A stretch of DNA of 64,000 nucleotides, taken from positions 22,928,567 through 22,992,566 of the forward strand of contig NC_057720.1 of NCBI RefSeq assembly GCF_004010195.1, in the 5' to 3' direction. The stretch comes from Chiloscyllium plagiosum (taxonomy: Eukaryota). Each line of letters opens with the position of its first letter. Position 1 is the first letter of the stretch. The translations under genes and the position numbers were made by a program. Below are positions 12,201 through 25,444 of the stretch, in pieces. The notes beneath the pieces were generated by a model. The model had not been told where the DNA came from and did not search any database. It saw only the letters and a list, made by a program, of their open reading frames with translations.

Positions 12201-14248
12201 AGAGGGGGTGGGGGGGGGGGGGAGGTTGTTACGGGGTTTGACTGCAGCTCCCATCCATCCCTGAGTAGTAGTTCTTTCCGACGCTGTCCCCAGTTTTGCT
12301 TCTCTTTTTTTGTGTATTTATGTGTTGCAACGGCTCTCTGCTCTCGGGGCTACGAGACGGCAGAGATCTTTACAGAGAGAGAGAGAGAAAAAAAAATCTA
12401 ATCAAAGTGCTCCAATTACGACCAGTTGTCGCCTGCCACAACGCATAAATGTAACTCCGCAACATCATCACCACCATCCCCCTCCCCACCCCAGAAATAA
12501 AACACACTCGTTGGGTTCCAGATTTGCAAGGGGTTTATTTGCCAGAGAGAGATGATTACATCTAGGCACCATTTAACATAATTTCGTGGATCCCAAACAT
12601 GCTAATGGTCGATTAATTGAAGGAGATCTGACGTCCCCACTTCATAGTCCCTTATTCATGAGTTCCAGTAGGAGATGATGGATACCTCTGGGACCCTGTT
12701 CATATATATACAGCGCGGGGAACAGCAGCTCCGAATGGTTTCAGGATCAGGACCAGCCAGCACTGAACGCTGACATATGTCGAATGAAGTTTAATAATAA
12801 TAAAAAAACGGATTTTCTCATCAGAATTCGAGCCCAGCCACGTCCTCTCACACAGTTAGCATTGCTTTGAAACCCTGCCATATGCTGTTTATTTGAGTCG
12901 ATTTTAGATCCCAAACCTACCATTTTCACATTGGGTGCGAATAACGTGGGCTTGTTTTTAGGTATTGGGCTGTGAAATCAGTTATACTTGTAATGGACCA
13001 CCGGAGAGATTATCTGACCAGGATGAAACCAAACCCCTTCCATGCTAGATTACTGGTGTATCGCCAAAGGGATTACTTTGGTTTTTGGCGGGTTGGATAG
13101 AGGGAAGTCTTGTCGAGGTATTGGAATGATTTGTAAATTGAGATTTAGAATTTCTGGTACCTATCATCGCGTCTGAATGGAAAACGAGACTCATTTTAGT
13201 TATGCTGGAGTTTTATAACGGGGTGAAGTTGAACTCGCATTACTTATGTGCGATGCCTTTCCATTTACTTGACCAGACCATAAATGTGCCTTGCGTTCCA
13301 AATGGCAAAGGATATATTCAAGTCGGTTATTTTCACATGCGAATTTATTTAGCCAATAACCCTCAGATATTGCGCTTAAGTCGAAATTGACTGGCTTTGT
13401 AAGCCATTTGTCAGACTGGATGCTGGATGCATTATTTATTTACTGATGTGCGGATTGCAAATTCCAGAGCAAAATCTTAAACTGCGCTCGGAATGGGGGA
13501 AACAAAATAGAAACAGAATTGGCGTTTCTTGCAATTGCGTGGTTTCTTTACCAGAGAACTATGATAGCCATGTGCCAACAGGTAAATACTGTGTGTCTAT
13601 TCACACTAATACTGCAGTATTTGCTCACGTCTGTTTTACGACACCTAAAATCAACCAGACAGACTACTAATTAACACGGAGCTGACTCCAAATGTGAGTT
13701 CTTAAAATTGTCTTTATAAATAGGGGGTGGGGAGAGGGGTCTTCGTTTCGTAAAGGGAGCGTGTAACACTCAAGCAATGGTAGAAGGGTAGCCCTGCCAC
13801 ACCACCTCCTCACTGTTTTGTATCCGTCTGTTAAATGTTCTTTGGAAAGCTGCAAGCAATGACAATCTCTCCCTCTCTCTCCTTTTCCACAATCCCCCTG
13901 ACACTGCAACTTCAGCTGAAGCCCTAGAGGACCACTGTGCTCACTGCCAGCTGCTATGTCCCGCTCTTCACATCCAACCGAAGCTTCCCAGATCTGAGAC
14001 TTGACTGCCCGTCCGACGTTGCCAATCAAACAAATCAGAGGTTGTGCGGAAATTCGCCGCGTCTTCCCTGCGGTTGCTGCCGTTAACGGTATAGCAAACG
14101 GCACGCTTGGTGGTTTCAACTGAACTCCGAATCTTCAGACGTACTGGGCGACATGTGAGCAGAAGCTGTCCTGCTCTAGCCCTTTATTAGATATGGGCCA
14201 ATATGCAACAGAGCCGCTTTAGTTTGGGAGGCGCCAGTCATGTCGAAC

Positions 14249-14267
14249 TATTGCCACCTGGAGGCCA
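14249..14267 (-). promoter_or_regulatory. CTCF-like motif
   Basis: TGGCCTCCAGGTGGCAATA on the minus strand, close to consensus TGGCCACCAGRKGGCRSTA. Confidence 0.55.
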
Positions 14268-14445
14268 GGTTTGTATAGCTCTATTGTTTTTCGCCTGGCT
14301 GATTTTTAGATGGGAATACTGGAAACTCCAATCCAAAAACGTACAGGCAGCATTCAGCATATTTGACTTGTCTCCTCGCTAAATTATTACAGTCTGCAGG
14401 AGAAGGATCATTTGCTTATAAATGGATTATCTTGGAAAACGGCCT

Positions 14446-14512
14446 ACCTCCTCCCCCCCCCCCCCCCCCCCCCCCCCCCTACCTCCTCCCTCCCCCCCCC
14501 CCCGCGCCCCCA
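14446..14512. repeat. Low-complexity poly-C tract
   Basis: Long C runs with a few interruptions. Confidence 0.9.
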
Positions 14513-15727
14513 GCATCTCTTGTCACCCATTTAGATTTTGCAAACTTTACTATTTGCTTACTTGGATTAAGCCATGACAAAGATCCCAATTAGAGATGCT
14601 TATATTTATCCGCATGTAGTCTTCCGATATAAACAAAGCACAAAAATGCTAAATGTTTTCCTTTTACAGAGCATTAAAATCATTTCTGTTTAAACAGATT
14701 GGGCTTATTGCGTCTTATTAAATTGCCATTTTGTAATAGTCTTCATTGCAATAAAATAGAATACGGCCTACCAACGTCATTTTGTCCATCACTCTTAGAG
14801 CCACCTTCCATTGTAGCCGACATTAGGGAGCGGTTTTGGTCATCTGAGATTTGAAAGGACTTTATTGGTGGTACTGTCTCATTTATATTTTACAAAGGAC
14901 ATGCAACACTGTTTCCCAAAACGTTTTCGTTCCAATCAAGTTGGCGTCATGGTTCCTTTAGTAATCGGTCATTACGTTCAGTCATTGATTTTAGGAACAA
15001 TGTTGATCGATAACATGTTAAAGATGGACGGGTTTTGTTCGGGTCCATTGCAATTAGCATGAACACAGCAACTATCTGTATAAGCCTATGGGGAGAACAT
15101 GTATACTATCGAGAGTGAACAATCAGATCATCAAAATATTAGCTAGTCTATAAATTGCTCAATCTTTCTCTCTACGCTTCTCGCAACCTTTCAGTTTTCC
15201 CACCTTTTTAAGTGTGAATGGCTAAAACAGCTATATTAGACAAATGGACGAACAACGCTATTTCTATGTAACCGCAGAGTGTATAGAACTATTAAACAAA
15301 CTCGAGCACTTGGCTGTATCTGAACATATAGTAATAAACCAGATGAATCAAACAAAATTCAGGTTAGGTATTTTATTGTAGTTATTGCCAAATGTAAAAA
15401 GTGTTCGTATTTACTTGCATATGTATACACACATTACTTCAGAATTGTTAAGTGTGGTTATTACATGTGTGGAACAACAAACTGGCAAACTAACTATAAA
15501 CTTTCACTGCCATTACGAGATATAATAACATAATTATGAACATAAACTAAACGCAATACATGTAAGACGGTTTGTGCCTCTGTCAGTAATATTCTATATA
15601 AAAAAGTAAGCTGTCAATTACAGTCCCCATGCTGTAGCTTGCACTTTCTTTGCTGATTTGCAGCAGTGTTATTTAAGGATAAAGTTATGAGGCAGTCAGA
15701 TTGGGATGTCCTCTTCACACGGACCGT

Positions 15728-15746
15728 GAGCGCCCCCTACTGCTCA
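15728..15746 (-). promoter_or_regulatory. CTCF-like motif
   Basis: TGAGCAGTAGGGGGCGCTC on the minus strand; core CAGTAGGGGGCGC. Confidence 0.55.
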
Positions 15747-17113
15747 GACACGAAGCCAAACACAAACAGATCTCCACCTTCCACAGGGTTTCAGCCAGAC
15801 CCACTTCCTTCCAATTTCCTAAAACGAGAGAAAAATTAAAGGATTATACATTCGTTTCATTAGTCTAATTGTAGCGAGGTGATTTCGTGTTTTATGTTAC
15901 ATGGATCAAACAATTGAAGAAAGGTACAAACATAATCCACAAGATAAACGGGTCAATTTATTTCTAAATTAAAAACAGTAAAGGTGGATTGCACTTATCA
16001 AAGAAATACTTTAACCGTATAATGTTGCTTAGTTGGTGAGTTACAACTTTCACCATGTAAAATAGATAATTTGTATAATGGATGTTTACACAGGAAATCA
16101 CAAAGTATAAATCACAACTACATCGATATTGTCACGGACTCATTACTACCTAAAGTACCAAGACCTGTTGTGAATAAACTTCGGAGACCTTTGCAATTAC
16201 ATCTTGTGGGCAGCCTAATATTTGGAATTGCGTTGGCGTTAAACGGAGATCAAAATATAATTGGAGATATTCGCAAATCTAAATAATTACACGATCTGAG
16301 CGACTGATCACAATACCAATTCTTTCTTGTCCGGGTCACCAGTCACTTCTCAACACACTCTTGACCAAAAGAAAAATACTTCTCCCGGATATAGAATACA
16401 AAATACAGGAAAGCAAGATTGATTATAGGATTAGCTGATTCGCACTAAGAGTCGCACAATAAGAGAGGGGATGCGCAATTAAATTTCTCGCAATTCCCCT
16501 TTTAAACTCCGCAGCCCGCTAAAAGAAATCTTACCTCCACAGGGATTCTGCTATCCCTTTAAGAAAATCAAAGAATATTGAGAGACGAGAGGAAAAAAAT
16601 CCCGGAAACTATTCATTCGTTTACAATCATAACAAATAAAAAAATTAAAAAGGACCACGGGTGGGTTCCAAAACCACGAATATTTGTCTATATTAAATCA
16701 TTTTACATGTTGTCTTAAATACTGTCACCCTGCAGAGTAATAACAACAAAGTAAATGCACAGATAAAGCAAATCGCAAAAAACCAAAAAAAACAGAAATC
16801 CTTCTGAGCACTGGAACCTGCTAACCGATATACAGTTTATGCCTAATGACTCCACTGTACAATTTAAGCATAAAAGGCCGCTTGATCTTTGGTGTCATTA
16901 GCTTAGAGTAAAAACAAGGCCCGTTACTTCTTCCATCTCTCAGATGTGTATTTTATTCCACATTCAGAAACGCAGCAGCTTTGATCCCCCCCCCCCCCTC
17001 CCGCTGTTCTGCTTGACAGGTTAGGCTAAAGCACTACTTACCCAGTATGGGGCCAGGTATAGAAAGGGAAAGGGAGGGGAAAATTCCTGCCGCCTGCACA
17101 ACCAGATTGAAAG

Positions 17114-17123
17114 CTGTCAATCA
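17114..17123 (-). promoter_or_regulatory. PBX-MEIS/PREP decamer
   Basis: Exact TGATTGACAG on the minus strand, inside the CpG-retaining domain. Confidence 0.4.
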
Positions 17124-18892
17124 TTATTACCAGTACATAGACAAAGACTTGTCTGGGCTCTAACTCAAGCGCGAGGTAAGTGTGATTCAACAGTTTTTAA
17201 AGCGGAAAAAAATCAATTAACTGGTGCCAAAATAATGCAACTTAATTTGTTAATGGGACTTAAAATATTAATTATACATAAACGCTGAGAGCATGTGATA
17301 CACATACAATACTGTTTGAACTAAAATAGACTTTGCTGCACCGCAGTTACTAATACTTTGTCACCGACAGCGAGATGACCCACTGCAGGCTGGCACACAG
17401 TGACTTCGAAACCCAAGTAATTGTTCAGAACTACGGGAGAACAACTCACCATACCGTTTTTGCTATGTTCAATACGAACCCCAACTTTCAAGGCCGATTA
17501 GTACAATGTCTGACTGGAACAGGTACCTTGGACAAATGGTAATGCTGACTGTCATCTCTGCAGTTTTCTGTTTCCACTCAGAACTGCTGGGTACAACAAT
17601 ACTGGAGACAGTGAACAAAACTGCCCAAAATTTTACTTCCTTAAATATTTCACAAGACTGAGTTACCAAATTAAGTTATAAAAGATTTTATTGACCTAGT
17701 ATCTACCACTTAAGATGCTTCTACCCATACTGTGTACATTCCACAATCTATACACCACACATCTCGTCTACCACGTGTTTTACAATCGCAGTATGGGATC
17801 CTCCACAATTACACGGTACACACTTAGCCTCTTAATTTTATTCTACATCTCTGATTGGGGGACTTTATTTGAAGACCATTGCTGTATTTCGTATTCCAAA
17901 CAAATACTGATCAGCAGAGTTAATGTGACAGCAAACGTCGACTGTTTAAAACTGATCTGTTTGTTGTCTCGCATCAAGTAAACCAAAAAATGACAAAATG
18001 GTTTTGAATTCTTGCCTGTTTCAGTTTCTTACAATTGGAGAGGAAGTTAAAGTGTGGAACTGTACCTTATTTCAACTACACTTTACCGTCACTTATACTG
18101 ATTTGGGGCATACTGCAATCATTAGGGAACGGGGAAGCTATATTCCAATATGCATCAATTTAGCTTCCATTATGTATTTATCAGTTCAGAATAGCTGTAG
18201 GTGGCACTCAACATTGGGCCACAAATTAATTTAAATTTCACAATTGGTTTGGTTCATCGAGTAGAACAGATGTAAATTGATACAAGTCAGAATCATTTCA
18301 TGTAATTGCTGCATCAATGATAGTCATCCAGTTTAGAAAGGAAGTTGTTTCCACGGGTAAATTCGTGGAGATCTAGTCTCTCTCTGAAACACAGGCAAAA
18401 AATATATTGAGCATCACAAAGCTTTTTTTGTTTTTTTTCTTTCGCAATGAAGAATCGGACTATTTTCTGGGCCTCTCTTTTATAGCCATAACCACAGCTA
18501 TCATCCAAATATTACTATTCTCTACCCTCCCCATTCACGGCCGACAAATCCTTTCTTTGAGTGAAAAATATATTTTTTCCTTCTAAAAATCACCCTGCAT
18601 AAAGACAGTATTATATGCCTCTGGAGAAGGTGGGCCTTGAACCCGGTTCAAGGGGTAGGGACGCTATAATTTGCGCAACAAAAACCTTGGTGCAGGGCTC
18701 GACAGAATTAGATCACATAGTTTGCGCCAAGTCAATTTATCAGGAACAAATAACGCATAGACACCAGTCGCCTCACGGCTCTCCAATCAATGAAATCAAT
18801 TGGTTTGGAAACTTCCAGCTCGAGCTAAATAGGGAAGCTTGGAAATGTGTTTTAACCAATGACAGCCCAATTCGTAATAAGGGCATAATGCA

Positions 18893-18978
18893 CTGAAGAA
18901 GGGTCACTGGACCTGAAACGTTCACCTTGCTTTCTCTGCACAGATCTGCTGAGTTTCTCCAGCAATTTCTGCTTTTGT
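18893..18978 (+). mobile_element. Short PLE-type pLTR fragment with hammerhead-like core (second family)
   Basis: CTGAAGA-A-GGGTC-ACTG-GACCT-GAAAC-GTT followed by ...ctgctgagtttctccagcaatttctg. Confidence 0.7.
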
Positions 18979-19787
18979 GTCATAGGTCCACTATATTTAC
19001 TGGGTCCCAGGTTTAAGCCTGTCATTAGCTCTGAAAGACACACGTAGAGATCACTTAACAATATAGTGTGTCTATATTTTAACATCTGTCTTGGATTCCA
19101 GTGGGAATGTTGATTTAAGTCATTAAGGAATCAGATACGTTTCTTTCTAAAAGTCAAGTTGCAGTTTGGCGAAGCGGAATCCCCTTTGGATTTATTATCA
19201 CGACCGTGCCGAACACCAACACAAATGCCATGTATTACTTTCCGCCCTGGCCAAAGAGCGCTTAAAGGTCCTCTCCTGTTGAAACTGTCCGTGATACTGT
19301 CGAGCCAGCTGCCAGAACCGGTACAGCAAGGAGGGGGAGGGAACTCTGGATAAAATACCTGGGCAGATATACTTTTAAAAAAAAATCACCCCAAGCGTCA
19401 CTTCCACCCACAATTCCAGCGTTGAACGTGCTTAGGACAATGAGCATCCAATAGCACGTTAGGACAGGCCAACTTGTTTATTTTAGGTTTGATTTTTAAA
19501 TTAAATATTCCCGTGAGAGTTCCGTTTATTCCTTTAGCCACTGGCGACTATTGACTAACACGGCCCAGCTTCGATGTGCAGTGTGTCTGTTTCGTTTATT
19601 ACGGCCAAGCAATGACCTTGTCAGCATAAACCTGAAGTAGAAAATTGAGACGAAAGTATAGGAATTACGACGTTACGTGTGTACACAGGAGACTTTTGGA
19701 ATATTGCATTCATTTCTGGCCTCGCTGCTACAGGAACTATGTTGTTTGAATTAACTATGTGATCAGTCTGTATTGCTCGCAAGACAG

Positions 19788-20058
19788 AGATTAGATTCCA
19801 TACAGTGTAGAAACAGGCCCAACCAGTCCACACCGACCCTCCGAAGAGTAACCCACTCAGACCCATTTCCCTCTGCCTAATGCACCTAACGCTATGTGCA
19901 ATTTAGCATGACCAATTCACCTGACCTGCACATCTTTGGACTGTGGGAGGAAACCAGAGCACCCAGAGGAAACACAGACAGTCACCCAAGGTTGGAATTG
20001 AACCTGGGACCCTGGTGCTGTGAGGCAGCAGTGCTAACCACTGAGCCATTGTGCCTCC
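19788..20058 (-). mobile_element. HE1-like SINE
   Basis: tRNA-like head with A/B-box-like motifs, partly deleted V-domain and a tandem tail. Confidence 0.85.
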
Positions 20059-20084
20059 ATTCACATGATAATTCAATTCAAACT

Positions 20085-20530
20085 TGAAAGGATTTAAGTT
20101 ATAGGGAGAGGCCGAATAGGTTGGGCTATTTTCCCTAGAGCTTAGGAGGTTGAGGGGTCACCTTATAGGGGTTTATTAAATCATGAGGGATATGGTTAGG
20201 ATGAATAGCCAAGGTCTTTTTTTTCCCAGGGCAGGGGAGTCCTAAACTAGAGGACATAGGTTTAAGGTGAGGGAGGAAAGATGTAAAAGGGACCTCAGGC
20301 ACAACATTTTCACGCAGAAGGTGGTGCGTGTATGGAACCAGATGCCAGAGGAAGTGGTGAAGGCTGGTACAATTACAACATTTAAAAGGCACCTGGATGG
20401 GTATATGAATAGAAAGGGTTTAGAGGGATATGGGTCAAATGCTGGAAAATGGGACTAGGTGAATTTAAGATATCTGGTCAGCACGGACAAGTTAGACTGA
20501 AAGGTCTGTTTCCATGCTGTGCAACTCTAT
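20085..20530 (+). mobile_element. CR1/HER1 LINE 3' fragment
   Basis: Translates to FTQKVVRVWNQMPEEVV...TFKRHLDGYM (CR1 ORF2 C-terminus), followed by a typical 3' UTR. Confidence 0.9.
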
Positions 20531-20611
20531 AAGTTGTCTCTATTTGTATGTTTCACATTAAGTATCAGTCTTGTGGCGAATTTTGTTTATTTTTTGAGGA
20601 ACTGAACAAAT

Positions 20612-21190
20612 CACAGAATTCTTCAGGCACTGTAGGAGGCCATTCAGCCCAAAGTACCAGCACCTGTTCTATTACTTAGTGCCAATCTCCTGCCTTTTCT
20701 TGATTTCCTTGCGCACCTTTTCTAACTAAATAATCATCCAATGTCTTCTTGAATGTGGAGAAAGTGAGGTCTGCAGATGCTGGAGATCAAAATTGAAACT
20801 TTATTGCTGGATCAGCACAGCAGGTCAGGCAGCATCCAGGGAACAGGAGATTCGACGTTTCGGGCACAGGTGCTGCCTGACCTGCTGTGCTGTTCCAGCA
20901 ATAAAGTTTCAACTTCTTGAATGTGTCATTGAACCGCCTATGTTCCACCACCCCCCCATCCTTAACATTTCCAGGCAGTGCATTCCATACAGTAATCGAT
21001 GGCTTTGTAAAGAAGTTTATTTATTGAATTTGTTTGCCTATCACTTTCAATCTATACTGTCTCATTCGCTTTGCTTTTGAGAAGGCACAGCTTCTACTCC
21101 TCTACTCAGTCCAGCCCACTCATGATTTTGAAAACCTTAATCAAATCTCCTCTCAACCTTCTCTCCAAGGAAAACTCCCAACTTTGAGAA
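20612..21190 (-). mobile_element. Old CR1-like 3' fragment, interrupted by a fold-back insertion
   Basis: aggaggccattcagccc tail-proximal motif and a decayed ORF2 3' end. Confidence 0.55.
20758..20912 (-). mobile_element. Short fold-back PLE-type insertion
   Basis: Inverted arms ~20793-20834 and ~20871-20912. Only the 3' half of the core remains (gcccgaaacgtc on the minus strand). Exact 13-bp TSD cttcttgaatgtg at 20745-20757 and 20913-20925. Confidence 0.85.
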
Positions 21191-22699
21191 ATTGTGAACT
21201 TCTAAAACCAAATATTAACAGTTGAAGATCAATTGGTCTCTACATAAATCTTGACAGGTCTGAATGGACTATATAGGCAGAACAAGATTACAGTCACAGT
21301 TAAAAGTGCCATCACTACTCTAATACTCTAAATTCAACAACTTCTAAATAAGGCCCAGGCTACTACTGAAGTACAGAACATGCTCATGACATAAGGTTCC
21401 ATGAGAAAATGTCAACAAATATGGAGCCAAAGAAGAACAAAATTCTGAATAAAGTCACTAAAATAAGTAATCATTAGCTGTCAGCTTTTGCTACCAGCCT
21501 AGCCTGGACTATCCCATCAACTGTAACCTCCTTGTTATATGTCCCTGTAATCGAATGGAATGTTTGACCATTACAAAGGGGCTCATAGCTTCAGAAAAGA
21601 CATGTATAACTTGGTGAATGTTAAACAGTTAGATATGTACAATGTTTCTGTCCAAGATAATGAAGCATAATTATCATTTGTTCTAAATCTTTTCAATTTA
21701 ATAAAGATTGGAATTCAAATTGTCATTTTTCTACATATTAATTATGGAACAACTGGATTATATTGCACAAAATATATACTTGCAAAACTTTCAAAATGAG
21801 AGCCTTCTTTACTGGAACCCATTGCCTTTTACCTTACTTATTTTTTCAATTGTAAATTACGATAAAGAACCTACATTATTTCTGGAAGAGAAAGAACAGA
21901 GATGACACCAGGTGCAATGATCAGAGATAAAAGGAGCAACAAAAATATGAAGAGTAAAACTGAATGAAAAAGCTATAGTAAAGGATGACAGCTGGCAAAT
22001 CTTTCCAGTCACAGTAACTACACTTTGTACCAAAGGAAGTGCAGTAAGGATGACGGTTTTAATTCTGATTGCACTTGGTTGCAGCTCCATGAGATTCTTA
22101 GTTTCTTCTAGATTTCACTTTGCTTCCATCAATTTATTGCCTAAATCCTACAGGTATAACAGATAACCAATAAATGGGAAAGTTGTAGGTCACCACCCAC
22201 TTATTACAGGTTCAATACCTGAAAATAAAATTATTGATTATAACTTTTGCTCATTCAACTAAAGATGTCCTTTCAGTTATTCCCTTGCAGTTTTTCATTG
22301 CCTTGATCTGGTTTAGGCAGGCTCTTTTACTCATAAAAATCAAAGAAACCATTATCTGACCTAACACAAAGCACTCTTCTCAGCTAATGAATGATAGGTC
22401 TTTAACAAGAAAGTTGAGTTATAAGCTTTCTATAACTCTTAAGTGCTTGTGTTTAGCATTTTATAGGCTTGATTCGTGGCTGTTGACTGTCGTAAGACTT
22501 GCATGCATGAGTTGTTTCTGTTTGAAAAGAAGATGTCAGATGTTTTTATCATTCTCATCAAACCACTCTTAGTGTTTGCACTTTCAATATCCCAGGATGA
22601 CTTCTAAATTCTCAAATCCTGGTAACGAGCCACTATTGAAGAAGGAATCTACATGTACATCCAAAAAGCCACTTTTAACTATGGCTAACTCTACGGTCA

Positions 22700-23030
22700 T
22701 GTCTGGAACAAGATGGCCTTAAGCTGAAAGCTAAATTCAACAGTTTACCAGATCATTGCCCTTCCCATTCTGCTCTATGGCACAGAATCTGAACTTTGCT
22801 ATAGGCATTGTATTAAAATGTTGGAATGCTTTCACCAAGGACACAACCACAGGATCCTTTAATGTGCTGAGCACAACAGAGTAGAGTCCACTATCCAAAA
22901 TTTTAAAAGGGCAGATATCACAGTTGCATGGATACCTTCAGAATTCACAAGTAGATCTGATTTGGGAAACTGCCTCAGGGCAACCATCAGGGTGATCAGT
23001 ACAAACGCTACAAGGGCACCCCAGAAATGA
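22700..23030 (+). mobile_element. RTE-clade LINE fragment
   Basis: Reads VYQIIALPILLYGTES*TCYRH-like, matching the RTE LLYGxExWT motif. Confidence 0.6.
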
Positions 23031-23464
23031 ACCATACAAACTTAATCACAGCAAATTATTTTTTAATATTCTAACACAAATGCATTTAGTCTGATATCTT
23101 CTGCCATATATTTCAGCTTTAAGTTTGGACAAGTACTATATTTCAGGGCAGCAGTTTGCATAAAGTGTTCTGAAATAGCAATTCTTGTTCAGTACAGAAA
23201 TCTGGTCAGTGCTTTCTGTTAATCTGGATCCAAAGGTCTGGTAAATTGGGAAACATTGCATTCTTTATGAAACCTTAAATTTTTGTGATAGCTCCACGAA
23301 TAGCGAGACTGTATCTCCAATGTGATTTTCATTTTTGCTGCATGGTTAGAATACAGTCCTTGACTTTCAGTAGGGGAGATGGCAGATGCCCATCCCTAAC
23401 TCTGAAACTTAAAATCCTATCTTTGCACTGTTCCATCTTTACATTGATTATAAGTTAACAATCC

Positions 23465-24132
23465 AAAGGGTGACTTGATAGAAGTGTACAAGATGTTGAG
23501 AGGCATTGATTGTGTGGATAGCCAGAGGCTTTTTCCCAAGGTGGAAATAGCTATCATGAGGGGCCATCATTTTAAGATTATTGGAAGAAGATTTAAGGGA
23601 GATGTCGGAGGTAGGTTCTTTCCACAGTGTCTAGATTAGAGTGGTGCTGGAAAAGCACAGCAGAATCCTACTGTGAATCCTCTTGTAAGGATGCCTGCCT
23701 TGAAGAAGTTTTCCTCCTCTCTCTACAAGAATCTCAGTGAGTCTCTCTCTCACTGAAACCCCAGGTCATCTCCTCTGCCCTGAAGCTCTTCAACCATGTC
23801 CTCATTTCTCTTTCCCCCACCTCACCCCAGCTCCAGCCTTCCAGCTCAGCACCGCCCTCATGACCTGTCCTACCTGATTTAGACTCTGGTTTCCAGCATC
23901 TGCAGTCCTTGTTTTTACCTCTTTCCACAGTGTGGTGAGCATGTGTTATGCACTGCCAGCAGTGATAGTAGAGTCTGATACATTAGGGACACTTAAGCAA
24001 CTCTTGGATAGGCAGATGGATGACAGTACAATGAAGAGTATGTTAGTTAGTTTGATCTTAGAGTCGGATAAAAGGTCGGCACAACATTGAGGGCCAAAGG
24101 GCCTGTACTGTGCTGTACTGTTCTATGTTCTA
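23465..24132 (+). mobile_element. CR1 LINE 3' fragment, interrupted at 23631-23919
   Basis: GDLIEVYKMLRGID motif and a 3' end ...gggcctgtactgtgctgtactgttctatgttcta. Confidence 0.85.
23631..23919 (+). mobile_element. PLE-type insertion with short inverted 5' arm and internal filler
   Basis: Same 5' arm and 3' tail as the fold-back family. Exact 14-bp TSD tctttccacagtgt at 23617-23630 and 23920-23933. Confidence 0.8.
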
Positions 24133-25444
24133 TTTTAATTCACTGTTTTAGTTGCATGAATATGCGTTGTAGGTATGATATGTAGCACGATTGACAAACA
24201 GACAAATTTTCCAGTGATATGTGAATAGATAGCTTAGGTTGCTACTTAACATGAATGGAATCAATGCTTTAATTGCTAACTGATGCAGAAGATATGCATT
24301 ATTATCTGGAATTTTACAATCTAAAGAAAAAGCCTGAAAATTTTCAAACCTATTGGTTCCAAATCTATCTATTCAAATATAATAAATCAACAAATATTTT
24401 TGTTATGGTTTTGCTATTTATAAACCACTCCACTTCTGTTATTCCATTTCCCCTGATAGTTTTCTTAAAACTGTGCTTTACACCAAAGATTAACAACATT
24501 GTCAAGTGCTCATCTTGGATTTGCAAAATACTGAAAATAGTATTTATTACATCTGTTTGTTGATATAAATCTATTTGATTTATACAATACATAGCATTAA
24601 CTCTAATGTATCACAACTGCTATAAAATTTGAAATGCAGTTGAGAACAGGAAAATGGGGTGGAGTCTATAGCTTGTCGCCTGGAACTAAAAATTACACCC
24701 TGCTCCAGAACTGAGCAGTTAAAAATAAAGCATGGCATTCAATCACATTCATAAAAGGTATGGATAATGCACTAGTATGCTGGGATTTGTTCTAGTTCAG
24801 TACATTTCTATATTTTACAAGAATGTCAATTATGTGCTATTGAACATTAGCCTCTTGAAATAAAAATCCATGAGAACAAATGTCAGAAATTAATATGTTG
24901 CTGACTAATGATTAAGTTTAATTAAAAATTCAAACAAAATAAAGGACAATCAAGCTTTCTTCAAATAATTATGGAGTCACATGTCTGCAAGCACAATAAC
25001 GTTCCCTGCTCTCCAGATTAAATGCCTAGCAGTGTTGAATTCTGTGTTTTAACTGCTCGCATTATTATTTGACATTAGCGGAAAATAAAGTATGTTTCAA
25101 AGTTTAATATTTGATTTGCAGTGTTATGGACTTTATACATACATGTATTCATTTTTAAATTAATATGTGGCTGTTCTCTCAAACAAAAGTGGGTAGAGGG
25201 GCTTCTGTATCCAGTAGCTGTGTTTGGTAGCTATATTAAAATCTTGCTTGGAAAGATTTACTTCTTGAAACAGATTTTTAGCAGAGTGTTATGTAATAGA
25301 AATTATTCAATGGTATGATGTCTGAATAAAAACAGATATGTAGATGGGTTAAAGAAATCCTTGACAGCAACGGAACCTGCAATCACTTATACTGAATTTC
25401 AGGCAGTCAGTTCTGAAGTGGCCTCCATACAGTATAAGTGTTAG

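Noticed and set aside
13667..14593. 150-aa minus ORF and poly-Pro ORF
   Set aside because: No family resemblance; the poly-Pro is a poly-C tract.
16530..16560. Minus-strand donor GAG|gtaaga at 16535
   Set aside because: An isolated donor with no supported exon start; such matches are common by chance.
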